Assembly (NCBI GenBank): GCA_028023455.1
Contig: JAQFVV010000007.1
Location: 12,152,001-12,216,000 of the forward strand
Length of the DNA stretch: 64,000 nucleotides
Direction of reading: 5' to 3'
Origin: Epiperipatus broadwayi
Lineage: Eukaryota; Animalia; Onychophora
The notes beneath the pieces were generated by a model. That model worked only from the letters and a program-made list of their open reading frames with translations, was not told where the DNA came from and did not search any database. The position numbers and the translations under genes are program-made. Below, in pieces: positions 38,405-52,625 of this stretch (position 1 is its first letter; every line of letters starts with the position of its first letter).

Positions 38405-40741
38405 CTGGTAAGTGAATTGGTTGTTGAGACCGCTTTGTTTTACTTTTCCAAGCATTTTTTACACGGCCAAGTCCGTTATCTTCGCTTATTGCAGTTTCCA
38501 GGCAGAGTGTGTCCATAAATGACACACCTGGGAATTAAACACAATCGTCACCCAGTCGCTAAGTTTCGGCTGTTCATAAAATACTTTCCTATGGGTTTGC
38601 GGCAAGATGCCCTCTGTAATCATTCCAAATATTCCATTATTGTTTTATTTTATATTTATTTTACAAAGCATCCATGACTTAAACATGTCATACCCTCCAA
38701 CTTTAATAAATTCATTATCAGCAATACTGACCTCCCAATGTAACATTATTATTATTATTGAATAAATGCTTTGATCACTTTCCCATTTTGTTGCTTAGTA
38801 AGCTTTTGTCCGTGCTATTCTTGAAATCAATAAATATTTTAGAACACTTAATTTTTCAAATATTTTCTTAGACTTGTATAATTGCTCAAAGCACCTCACA
38901 CATGTTCCTATCTCATCAAGCACAATATCGTAATGCTATTAGCCTGAGGAATAGAATATATCACTTTGCTTTAAAACCCTTTTGTCATATAATGCCCACA
39001 ATTATTTAATACGCATCCCTGTCTCATATAAGCAGACAGTGTAGTGTCATTATATATATATAATTTATATAAATAAATTTTGTGAAATTATTTAAAACTA
39101 AATTTTATATCTTGTTTTATTGATTCCTATCACTGTCTCAGTCTGTATATATATTTTCTGCATTTCTTTTGTAAATCCATAGATGTTAATTAGCCACCCA
39201 AGCTTCTTTTAGTATAGAGTCTTTTGTTTCTCCCTGAACACCAGGCACTGGTCAAAGGTTATACTAGTAGTGGCATCAGATGCATTATCACGTAGATGGC
39301 ACTGTGAAATTTGGACTTTAGATTTGAACTTAGTATATCCAGAAGGCAACCCCTCCTAGAATGTTCAGTTTCGTGTCTGGGGTTTGAATTCTGCAGTGTG
39401 TTAGCGAGATAGACAATTCTGACTGTTACATTATAAAGAATCTTAGTATTTTCCAGATTGAAATTAAAAGTAAATCTCATTTTTTTATGATCCAAGAAAA
39501 TAGATGACATTATTAAATCATTATTGTTTATTAATTTTGATATATTTACATAAGAAGTTATGCACTTTTAACAATATTCAAAACTATGACTTGTTTCACC
39601 ACTTTGCATTTACATAAAATTTGATTCAAAATATTTTTTTTAAAAGGTATAATATTTTTTTAGTTATTTACTAACCTATTAACATTATCTGGAACATAAA
39701 ATGAATTGTTATATAAATCTATCTGTATACTTTTAAAAAATTTAGCTTCAACATTGGAAACATACAGAATAGATATACATTTTTTATCATCAACTTTCTG
39801 TTTCTCTAAAATAATATATGTGTAAGTTACAAAAGATATTTTATTAAATTATAAATTGCTAATCAAACCATTGAAAAAAAAAGAATGTATCTATAAATAT
39901 ATCGAAAATTAAAAGCACCAGTTACACATAAGATGGTAAGTCTTAGATCATAAATCACAAAATAATAAAACATTTACAAAGAAGCTGATTGAAGTTGGAT
40001 ATAATATTAAACAAATTTATTGTACTTAATGCCAATTAAAAAAAAAAAAACTATTTTAGAAGAAACAAAAGTTAATGATAAAAATGGATATATGTGTCAT
40101 TTGTTTCAAATGCCCAAGCTAATCTTTTTAAAATATAGATATTCTTATAAAAATTCATTTTGTGTTTTATCTAATGTTAATTGATTGGTAAATAATTTAA
40201 GAAATATTATACCTATGATACAAAAACTAATATTGTATATCAAATGATATGTTGTGCAAGACTTATACATAGGTGAATAAACATATAGTCTTGAGAAAAG
40301 AGTAAAAAAGCATCATTCATTATATGCATGTATAAACAATAAATAAAACCATAATGAAAGAAAAATTGAAGAGTCTGCTTTTGATAAATAGAAATAGGAT
40401 ATCATTATTTATTTTGGAAATGTGTTAGCATTAAAATTCATGAAACTGGAATATGACATGAAGCATTTACTTCCACTAAATTTGAATTTATATGATTTTC
40501 AGTTGAAGAAGGTTAAGAAATTAGCAGAAAGGACTTTTGTTGTTTATTTTAGTTATTTATAAAATACATTATCACCACTGTAATTTTTTTTATTACAATC
40601 ATATATATATGTGTGTGTGCGTGTGTGTGTGTATGAGTGTAGAAAATTATATTCTGCTCAGATATTTTAAGGATAAATGTCACATGATCTCAATTTCTTA
40701 TACTTGTTCATAACTCTTATTAAAACAGAGAAATCTATCCA

Positions 40742-41295
40742 TGCAGTAGTACCATTCAGTGCAAACTAGAGTTATCAATGGATCTCAGAAGGCTTGCACT
40801 GAGTAGCACTACTGTATTAAGAGTTTATTCCTGTTTTAATAACTGTTATGAGCAAACATAAGAAATGGTGATCATGTGATGCTTAGTGGTTTAATACCAA
40901 TCCTGCCTAATAGAATAGTGATGGCTATTGTTATTAAAGAACCAAAGACACCAAAATATATGGGTATTGAACTGAGTTTAAGACCTATATGACTATATAA
41001 GCTGATCAGCTTCAATTGAAAATATTATAGTTTTTTCAATTTTAGAGTCATCGTTTTGTAGTTAAGTAGAAATAAAACGTGGCTGCTGGAGGGCTGCATT
41101 AGACCCTAAGATCTAGGTTCAGGGCACTCATATCCAAAGCTTTTCACTGATGAATGCTACAAGTTAGAATCTAGTCTGGGGATAATGAATGAGTAGGTAA
41201 TAGATAAAGATTTTATGCACAAGCCTTCTGGCATCCATTATTAATTACTCTGGTTTGCATGGTGTGACACTACTGTATGAAGAGTTTGCCTGATT
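40742..41295 (+). mobile_element. HHR element family A, older copy (inverted 5' piece plus ~480-bp unit)
   Basis: Aligns to 24320-24790. 40745-40795 is inverted relative to 41215-41275. Degenerate HHR at 41141-41182 (CTGATGA-atgctacaagtta-GAAT-ctag-TC-tgggga). Confidence 0.8.
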
Positions 41296-42654
41296 TAATA
41301 TTTTAAGGGAATGTAAACGAATCAATAATGAAGAGATAACCAATAGAAAAGTGAACAAATTATTTCAACTAATAATGAAAAAAACTAGTCACTATCCAAG
41401 GTTCAGAGGAAATCAATATTTATTTGTTTATCAAAGACTGAAATCTTATCAAAGTATTCAAATTGCCACACCACATTTTTATACAACATCCATGTAAAAT
41501 TATCTACTGTATTATTATACATAGATTAGAAACTAACATTGACAAAGATCTGTTAGATATACAAGATAGTTTCAAAGAAAAAGCAAATAGGTGCATCATT
41601 TATTGAAATATAAAACCAGTTGTTAAAGTATAAATAAGTTAGGAACTCTCTGAACTAGCTATGGCCAGATATCTGAGTGAAAAATCTTATGTCTGTTTGT
41701 AATCTAAGTACAATTTTTAATCTACCCTAGATCAAATTTGAAACACAGGTAGCTCTTTGTGAAGAATGTACATGTCATTACTGATGTTTGAAGATATGTA
41801 CTTTGTTAAAGATAAAAACAATTCATTACTTGCTTTTGGTATTACAACAGAATGGTCACAAGAATTGACTGGTCATCACTCCTAATCTTAAATTATTCCC
41901 ATTTGTGATAGTCTCAGTCAATAAATTCACTCTTTACAATAACTTTTTAAATGAATTGCTCAGTAAGATCTTCTGTTTTTGTCAGTTTGGAAAAGCTATC
42001 TGCAGTTAGTATCAATTTATTACAGACCTGCATAATGCAAGATTTATATTGGGAACCCTTGTCAAAAATGGAAACATTTTGCTTAGCAGCAAATTTCTTT
42101 ATTACTGTACCAACATCAATAATAATATTTCATCAACTGTTAAAAAAAAGTTCTTAAATATTGAGATATGTGTTTCATTTTCATTTACTTTTTTTTTAGT
42201 ATTTATCATAATTTTCTGTTGTTGTTTTTTTTTTTTTGCGTTTTTTATGTTTCTTCTTTCCCTCTTTTATTTGCTCTTGTATGTGTGCGTGCATACATGC
42301 AAATTAAGAATCCATAATAGAAACTGCCGCTGCAGAAAATTTTTTAATATGGCTAGAAGAAAAATTTAAAAATTAATTATTAATCATTTTTAAACAATTA
42401 TTCATTTTAACTTCTTAAGGCACAACTTTTTTTTATTTTAGCTAGTGAAAAAACAAAAATCAATTTCTTATTCTATTTGAATGAATTTGAGGTTATTAAC
42501 ATCACTTTTAAAGATAAAAATGACATTTGTTATATATAAAGAAGCATTTAAGTGGCATTTATAATAATCGAGGTCAAATTATTTACAACACATTTTTAAA
42601 ATCTCATTTACCAAAAATGTCTTACAATTCTAATCTTTCTTTATTGCATTACCC

Positions 42655-43315
42655 AATTTGTCCAATATTAATATCAATCACTTTTTATTTACTTTTTTTG
42701 CAATGCATTATATATTTATTTTACTATCATAACTGTTTCTATTGTTCCAGCAACCTTCTTCAGATATATAATAAATGTAAATACAAATACATGAATATTT
42801 GTATGTAAACACATATTATACATATTTCATAATATAAATTGTTTCTTTTTAATCAACATACCTATAGATACTGACTTATATATACGTAGATAAATATCCT
42901 TAATCACTACAGTTATTTTTACATTTATATTATTTTTAAAAAATACTTTCTTTTATCATCTATATATAATATATTTTATAATTTTATATTCTATTCTAAT
43001 ATTATTTTTTATATTCACTTTTAATTCTAATATATTTTATTTTTAACATATTCACATTTTATTCTAATTTAACATTAAATATTTAACCTACATATTTTAA
43101 CTTTATATATCTAAAATTATATTATTCATTTTAATATCTTCCAATATTTATTAATATCCCCTCCTAATATTTATTCCTAATCTATATTCACAATCTTGTT
43201 TAATTATTTTTAGCCTATTTTTAACTTATTTTTATTATATTATATTTATACTTTACTCACCTTTTACTTCTAAATTAACCTAATTGTCTATTGGTTAAAA
43301 TTTTCTAATAATTTC
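42655..43315 (-). mobile_element. AT-rich element family D with degenerate HHR (copy 1)
   Basis: Reverse complement of 47260-47975. The minus strand at 42721-42775 reads tttattatatat-CTGAAGA-aggttg-ctggaa-caata-GAAA-cag-TT-atgatagtaa. Confidence 0.7.
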
Positions 43316-45439
43316 TAGTGGCACCTTATTTATATTTCTAGGAGCTCTATTATACTTTTTACAAACCAAATTCATTTTCATCTTTATCTTTAATCCTTAT
43401 TCTAACTTACTTATGGTTAAATCATTCTTAAACATCAATCTTAATTTAATACTGGTTTAATATTATTAATAATGTAATGGTCATATTTGTACATTCATGT
43501 AACAAAATCTAGAGTTTTAGTAAATCTTCCCAATGTTGATCGAGATGAGGTTGTTGAGACCTCGATTCCAATCTCACCTCAGTTCCTTTACTAATGCTCC
43601 AAGACTTACTACCCTACAGATGACATTTATGAGGCCACAGCATCTTTTTTCAATCACGTGCCAGCAGCAGCACATCAGTAAAACATAAGACTATGGGAAA
43701 TTGACATATTTTAAAGTATAGCTATATAGGCATAGTTTGACCAACATTATTAAATTTGGATTGTGATTCATGATAATTAAATACTAATAGTTAACTAATT
43801 AATAATGAGCAAAATTGAGACACTAAGCAGAAGTTAAAATTTAAATAAATTTAATAAAAGCCAAAATTCGAAATGATGAAATAAATAAAAGAAAATAATA
43901 AAATTACAATAAGATTACATGAATTATCTCACTTTCAGGTGATGATTTTAGGGGATGCAAGCAGTTCTGATTTACATATTTAGCATTTCATATCACTTGC
44001 AGGTGATGTTGGTTTACAGGTTACAATCTGTTTAATTTTTCTTGTTATATGTATATATCAATCACAGGTGATGAATTGTACATAGTATAAGTTGGGTTTT
44101 TATGAGTCTTACAATTATGATATTATAATTTGCTCATGATAATCTATGCCTAGTTTATGCTATATATTTGGATTTAGATTTGCTTTATGTAGCTAGTAGA
44201 AGTGATTATCATTATTTATAAATAATATTTTATTTAACACGTATCATTTAACATATTCTCTACATAGCTTACATATCTATAAAATTAGATTTTGTTTCAG
44301 ATCAATGCTGAAATATAAATTATTATGGTGAGATGAACTGATGATAGGCAGTCAGATTTTAGATAACAAGGTGCTTACAAAGTATCCAATCTGAGTCTGT
44401 GCATCTTTATTGTGCAGTTACTCATGGGATTTGTTACTGAGTAACTGGTTCTCTAAACACCATACTACTTGCTGTTAATGAGACCTTTTAATCCGGGTGA
44501 TTGAACAACTAATATAATACTCTGGATTCTTGTGCTCCAGTCCTAAATATGAAGAATTGAGTGGCCCTTAAAACCAAAGCCCATTTGAATAAGAAATAGT
44601 TGTCTGAACTAAGGAATGGGGTGGCCCTTAAAAGCTATGACCATTGAAAGCATAAAATATAGAGTAAGGAGTATATATGCTGATGCATTTTCTAAGGACA
44701 CATTTGCCCCACTGACTACATCATTATATAATAAATTATGATGCAAAACAATAGTTTCCTTCCATTAAACTACCATAAATCAGTTCATAATCTAGTATCT
44801 ATAACTATGCTATTATGGAAAACTTATGAATCTAATAAAGTCAGCTATATAGGCATTTATATAACTCTAGGGAGGACTACAGCATATATTGAATAATTAC
44901 AATATTAAATTCAAGCTTTATGCCATATTTCATCACTTCAGCTAAATATTAATTAAATATGTCATTTAAAGCAAACTTATCTTAAAGCATTTATAAGCTT
45001 TTAATTATCTCTCAAATTAGATTTATTGTATCTATTTCAGAAGGGAGGTTTGTTTATGTGTTAATAAACATGAAATTACATATGTGTGTAATATCTAATC
45101 ACTTCTCACTAATCATTTAACTATGAGTAAACTCTCTTTTGAACAAACATAGCATAAACAAATACATAATTGAAAAGAAAATAATATTGGCATAGATTTA
45201 ATTAAAAGAAACATAAATTTAGAAATAAGATTTCACATAAGTGAAATCTAAGATTTGGCTTTATTTGCTTAGTTTAAAAGGGAATGAAATAAAATAGCCT
45301 AAATTAGATTAGTATCAAAAACAGGTTTATTCAACTATGTTTACAATGAAGAAAAAATTATAAAATAACATTAAATTTGGCAATACATTTATAAACCATT
45401 AAATTACTTAATGTCCAATATTAATAAGATTCCATGTGG

Positions 45440-45920
45440 AATTTGCTATTAGGTGAGGAGCTAACTTCAAATCTCTTTCTTTGATATCTTTTAATTTTTG
45501 TAAAAAAATTAATGTTGGATCAGGTATAACAGACTTGAAGATTAGGAAGCATCTGACAAACCATAGACAGAAAGTGATGAAAGTTGTACTTCTTATAATT
45601 GCAAAATCCCCATAAGCAAAACCTTTTATGAGTGCGTTGATAATTGGATGTTTTGGTGTATAAATTTTATTAATCTATATTCTACAGCCCTGAAGAGAGA
45701 AACAATCATTGAAAATGTGAAATATGGTATCATCCTCCCTATGGCAGAGTGAGCAAACAGGGTCCAAAGATGAAAAACCTCTATACATCACAAGAAAGTG
45801 GCTTGTTGGAAGGGCATTGAGATTTAGCTTTAGAAGAAAGTCCAAATATTTTGGCTCTAGATTACATCTTTTATATTTCTTTATAATGGCAAAGTTTGTA
45901 CAGGTTAGAATGCTATGATC
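45440..45920 (-). mobile_element. Tx1/L1-type LINE ORF2 C-terminal fragment
   Basis: KYLDFLLKLNLNALPTSHFL...DPVCSLCHREDDTIFHIFNDC contains a C-x2-C-x8-H-x4-C finger at 45702-45755. Confidence 0.85.
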
Positions 45921-46014
45921 TGGGATAATTGTTGAATATCAGTTTAATATCAGTTTAATTTATTTACAAAAATTATCACTAAAAGCAAATATTATTAGGC
46001 TAAAGTAATTCAAA

Positions 46015-46031
46015 TATGTAAAATAAGTTGG

Positions 46032-46071
<40 letters not shown>

Positions 46072-46089
46072 CCAACTTATTTTACATAA

Positions 46090-46133
<44 letters not shown>

Positions 46134-46135
46134 TT
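46015..46135. repeat. Two adjacent perfect palindromes centred on (TA)n
   Basis: tatgtaaaataagttggaat-(TA)n-attccaacttattttacata, then aactga-(TA)n-tcagtt. Confidence 0.9.
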
Positions 46136-47259
46136 GAAATCAGGCAAGACTACAATTTAAATAAAAGAAAATTACATTTTAATTTAGGAATTGATATTCA
46201 GAAATTTAGAATACATTAGATTATATTGGCCATTGATAGTAAGTTGAGCTAGCTTTAGAAGCTATAAAGTTTAGTTTAGTAGTGTATTTTAGATTTATAG
46301 AAATCTGTTACCACTATAATTTCTCTGCTAGGGCAAGGTGGCTTGGTCTTGAGTGCTTTCTTTGGATGGCATCACCTATTGGTTATTTTTTCTCTGCATT
46401 CTGTAGACTATCTTCCAGGCTAGAAAGCAAGAAATTGCCTTTCTACCCCATCATCATTATGATCATTATGATTAACAATTTTACAAAATACTCAATAAAA
46501 TTTCACTTAAAATAATGAATTGACTAATTTTAAAATGGCTGCAGTAAGTTTATACAACAGCTGACCCCCTCTCCCTTCTCTTTTTCTTCGTTGTTAGTTT
46601 CAGATCTTTTTTTCTAATTAATTCACTATATTTTTGGAAATCTGGGATTCCTGCTGTTATTGATTTTTTTTACAGGTGGATATCTCGATCTTGACCAGGT
46701 TAATTTATTCATAGTTGTTTTAAAATGTATTTTTATTCCTAAAATTTTAAGTAGGTCAGAATACAGTGAGAAGGATTAATTTTACTAAATCACCTGTTTC
46801 GAAAAACAAATCTAAACTTTTATAAACATTTTATTATATATGTAACACATTTAAATAATTTAATGCTATATGCAGAAATATTATAATTTCAAATATTAAT
46901 TTTATAATAATATTTTAAATAAAGAAATTTTCTAATCTTTAAACTTATAACATTATTTCTTTTTTGCATATATGTAGGTTCTGGTTACACATACATAGCA
47001 TATTTACATTTATTTAACCACTAGCAATATATATGTGCATATTTACTGATTTCTTACATATATGCATACGCTTGCTATACTATATGCTAAAATATCTGCA
47101 TACATATATGACTAGTATTATTAAATTTAAAATTAGCATAATATATGAGGATTTGGGTATAGGTATACATAAATAAATATTACTACAGTATATAGTAGGT
47201 GAAACAGAAGGATACACAGATCTGACTGATTCAATAAGAATAGCCTTTTTTATTTTTAT

Positions 47260-47975
47260 TATTACAAGAATTTAAACAGTGGACAATTGGGTCAGTCGTG
47301 AAATAAAAGATGAGTATAAAATTTAAATAGATTATAATAAAAATAAGTTTAAAAGAAGTTAAAAATAATTAAAGTAAAAAAAGAAATTAAGATTGTGAAT
47401 GTAGATTAGGAATAAGTATTAGGTGTGAATATTAATAAAAATAGAAACTATACTAAGATGAAAAAATGAACAATATATAAAGTTAAATATATAACATTAA
47501 ATTAGAATATATAGGTTAAATATATAATGTTAATTTAGAATAATATATATTTATGTGTGTGTGTGTTAAAAATAAAAAAAACATATATTAGAATTTAAAG
47601 TGAATATAAAAAAACATAATAAATGAATAGAATATAAAATTATAAAATATATTATATATAGATGATAAAAAGAAGAATTAATTATTAAAAATAAGATAAA
47701 TGTAAAAATTATTGAAATGATTAAGGATATTTATGTAGGTATACATATAAGGGAGTATATATAGTTATGTTGATTAAAAAAATTATATTATGAAATATGT
47801 ATAATATGTAGAAATGATGTGTTTATTTATAAATGTTTATGTATTTATATTTATGTTTTTTATTGATCTAAAGAAGATTGATGGGGCAATAAAAACTATT
47901 ATGATAGTAAAGTAAGTGTATAATGCATTGTAAAAAAGCAAATAAAAAAATGATTGATATTAAAATTGATAAAAT
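47260..47975 (+). mobile_element. AT-rich element family D with degenerate HHR (copy 2)
   Basis: Inverted partner of 42655-43315. 47858-47912 reads tttattgat-CTAAAGA-agattg-atgggg-caata-AAAA-cta-TT-atgatagtaaa. Confidence 0.7.
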
Positions 47976-50699
47976 GTCTTAATTAAGAAGTGTTGCCATA
48001 GTGATTTAGACCATCTTCTTTATAATCTTATACTAGTGATACAATCAGAGCCTGATAAATCTTTAAATTCTTTCATATTACTATCAGGCTTGGAATTTTA
48101 TCTTTAGGTAGATTGCACATAATTCTAGTGTGTTCCAGTGAAAAGGTGATAAGTGACAGTGACTGATTCCATCTCTAAACTGCCTACAATTGCCATCTAT
48201 AAATCAATGCATTGTGCTATATAGCCTAATAGTTTAGCTATTCTCTACAAAACTTTTTAACATATGAGTATATTAAGATTGAAAATTATAATCTGAAATA
48301 TGGTAGTGTGTTTCATATATTTTCCCATGATGGAATAATGAATTAACATTAAATTTTATTTTAAATTGAGAAACGTGCTCATAAATGTTTGAAATGATTT
48401 ACACCATGCATGATCTTGAAGCAATGAATTGTAAACAACTTTTGAATTGGTTTGCAAAATTTTATGATAGCAAAGGGAGCATTGAACATAATCTATGAAT
48501 GTTGATAGTAACTTCAAACTTTTGTGGTGAATTTTTAATCTATATCCAACTGTGACAGAACAATTTCTATAGCATATTAATATATTACAAAGCAGTATGG
48601 TTAAAAACATTTAATAAAAACCTTTGAAAGATTGATTAATAAATTTATAAATTGATGTGTGTATGTGCATGTATTAGTTATAATATACACATAATATATG
48701 TACATTTGTTCAAGAAATTAAAGGGAAATAGATATATAGAGTTAATCCTACCATTAAATATTTATTAAAAGAAAAACAATCTATAAAGTTAATCATAATA
48801 TTAAATATTTGATAAAAGAAATGCAATTTAGAAAATTATAATTCATAAAATGATAACTCATATAATGAAAAACAAGAAAGAAAAATTAGATAATTAATTA
48901 AAAGACAAATTGAATAAGTTTTAAATTTTGGTGCACACAGATGAATTTAAATTGCATTTATGAAAATGAATGCCATTTTGTAATCTTTCTTAATTTGCCT
49001 AATAATTAGAAGAATTAAGCAAATAGTTTGCCATTTCTTATAGTAAATTGGATGGCAAATCTAAATACATTATTAAAAATTATAAAGCACTAAAATTGAG
49101 ATAGTTATAGAACAAATTTCAATGTTAAGTCATACTTTTTTTGTTCCTATCATTATTTAAATAAATAAGAATATATTGTTTTATTATAGTAATATTTATA
49201 AAATAATTTAATGAATAAAGACAATATTAAAAATATGTTGTGACAAAAATATATATTAAATAAAGTTGTTAAATCTAGATAAATATGCTTTTTGATAACC
49301 ATCCTGATATAAATAAATACAGACTTCATTATATGTTAGATATTAAAAATTATGTTGTGAGAACATACAGATATATCTAGAAAAAAAAAGTAGTCAAATT
49401 TAACTCTTGGCTCAAAATGTAGACAGTGTTTTCATAAAGATAAGAGAACATTTTTGCTTAAAAACTCTCTAAGGAGAACATTGGTTAGCTATGCCTTGAT
49501 GACTGTTGTAAAGTATTCTTCAATACTCTATTAGTCCTAGCAACTGTGATAACATTATGTAGCCTAATAGGTATGGTTAATATGACTAAAAGCTGTTCAT
49601 CTAAGGCCTGAACTCTGCACTCATACCCAAAAATAAAATATTGAAGTGGTATAGGGTATGCAATGCCTGATTTAATGAAAATATGTGGTGAGGAAAGAAG
49701 TTGATTCTGCCAAAAGATCTATCATATACATTATCTATTATCACCAATACTGAAAAAAGAATGGCAATGAGAATTGGGTTATTAAAACTTGTTTGGGGGA
49801 AATAATAAACATATTTTATCTGCAGAAAATATGGTTGAAATGTTAAAACTTGGAAATTTTAAGACAATTGTATTATCGTAAAATCTTACCGTATATACAT
49901 AAGGCCTTAAATTTTAATATTTATCTATTTTTTTTAGTTACAATATTTTGTATTATGTTTGAAACACATACCTAATTTATATACTTGGGGTTCAGCTGTA
50001 ATATTAAGATTTGAACACAGATTTTCAAGCTCCCTTAAGCTATTTTTTTATTTATTTAATATAATTCCCACCCCCACCCCAATAAAAAAAATATATATTC
50101 TTCACAACTTTTTTTTTTTGCTGAACCACCACTCCTCATCAGGTTTTGTTTCTCCCTCCCCCCCACACAAATATATATTAAGGCCCAGTAAATTAAAAAA
50201 AAAAAAAACTTCAAAATTTATTGGGAGGCTTCAATCTACTTCACACGCAAACTCTTCAGCTGTCCATACCATGGATTGGATTTATGGTATTTATCTAGTA
50301 ACAGTTGCAAAAGTATCAGCAATGATTTCATATTTAATTATTGTAAATAAATGATTAGATTATTTTTATTAACAATTTACTTTGTTTTTGCTTTTCAAAC
50401 TCATTCCAAACATATACCATCAATGTCCACTAACTTTGACAAATGCAATATTCTAGGGACAAGCAGAGATAAGAGTAGTAGTTTAAAGTGATGATGATCA
50501 GTGGTACTAAGATTTCCAGAACTAAGATTTCTATTTAGAAAGTTGGCGCCTAAAGATTAATCTTAAATTTAATATAGAAAAAGAAATTAAAATTACTTTT
50601 GGAATAGTTATACTTAACTTAAACATCAATGCCAAGTTATTTGATTATCATCATTATCATAGTGAAATAACTGCTCTCTTATTGCATTGCCAAATGTAT

Positions 50700-50969
50700 A
50701 CCATATAATGCTAAATCATCCATGAACTTTACTACTGTTACACAATGCTTTATTTACCACCCTCTTTAACAGTTTACCATTTTGATTGCTCCAGCAATCT
50801 TTTTCAGAACCTTTACATCTCCTAACTTCAACAGCTAAATTCAAATTAAGAGATATTAAAGTTCTGAAGAAGATTGATGGAGCAATTGAAACTATAAACT
50901 GTAAAAGAGGGTGGTAAATAAAGCAGTGTAACAGTAGTATAGTGCATGGATGATTTAGTATTACATGGC
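50700..50969. mobile_element. Head-to-head palindrome of HHR-bearing family E
   Basis: Arms of ~115 bp. Right arm (+) 50860-50900: agtt-CTGAAGA-a-gattg-atggag-caatt-GAAA-cta-TA-aact. Left arm (-): gtt-CTGAAAA-a-gattg-ctggag-caatc-AAAA-tgg-TA-aact. Confidence 0.72.
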
Positions 50970-52270
50970 ATTAGCATAATAATTACATTAAATGTATATG
51001 TGTGATTTTGTTAACCATTTCTAATTATTTATATTTACTGTATTTAACATCTGTTACACTACATAATACAAGTCTTGATTCAGCCATCACATTACAGGAA
51101 GCTTGGAGAAGGAATCTTTCAAATTTTTGCTATGATACACTTTGTAGTTAAGTCATTTCACAATTTAATAAATGAATATATCATAGAAGATAAAATATTG
51201 ACTTAATAATGAATAATCTGAGTGATGGACTATGGAATTTAAAGTCCATGGTTGTATCTTCACTTCATCACCTTTTCTGTTTGTACTTTTTATGAACTGC
51301 TGAGGAATAAACTATTTGATTATTTTTACATTGCTAAATGTAGAAATAAAAAAAATAAAAATATGATTTAATCATCACAAGAGGAAAATATTTTACTCCC
51401 TATGGACGTTGAACTTTTGATTATTTTTAGTTTATAATTTCATATCATTTGCTTGATATTTTGCATGAGTGAACTTTAAATATGGATATGTAAATCAGAA
51501 GAGTGACACATCCTCTAGTAAACTTACTGTGAAATAGAATGTAAGTGTAATATAATGGCCAACTTCTCAAATGTATAGGTGGACACCTTATGTTTACAGG
51601 ATCAGTTTCATTGCAACCTCTTCAATAGTATTACCATTTTTTTAATTTATTAATCACTCATCAAGATAAGTTATAATCTCATTTTGTCAAAGCATATTTG
51701 GTTTGTTTTATTCAAACTATGAAAGATACATACAGACATAATTAGCAAATATTTTACCCTGAATAAACTTACATATAATTATATTATTATTATTATTAAA
51801 TATTATCATGAGAATATATATATATATGAGTGTGTGTATGTGTGTTTGAATAGCAGATTAAAAAAGGTTTGTCTTGTAGTAGGCTTTTTACATTTAAACA
51901 TTATTTTGTAGCTATGTATCTACCCATCTATTTATTTATCTAATTATCTGTCTGACTGTTTGACTATTTGTCTGTTTTTTTATCTGCCTGGTTCCTAATT
52001 AATTATTTGCCTATTTATGTTGTCTGTCTTCCTCAGCCTAGCTTTCTATCTACCTATAACCAGTCTATTTATCTATGTATCCATATATTCATATATTTAT
52101 ATATCAAGGGTTTTATAACTGTTTACAGTCGTCTCTTTATCTGTCTATTTGCCTGTCTATCTATCTACCTATCTAAACATATCTATTTACTTATCTCTCT
52201 ATATTTATTTATCTATCCATCTATTTGTATTCCAATATATTTATATATTTATGTATATATCTGTGTTTGC

Positions 52271-52625
<355 letters not shown>

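Noticed and set aside
39270-39300. SDALSR resembling the Gypsy RNase H ADALSR motif
   Set aside because: No other RNase H, RT or integrase motifs or LTRs nearby.
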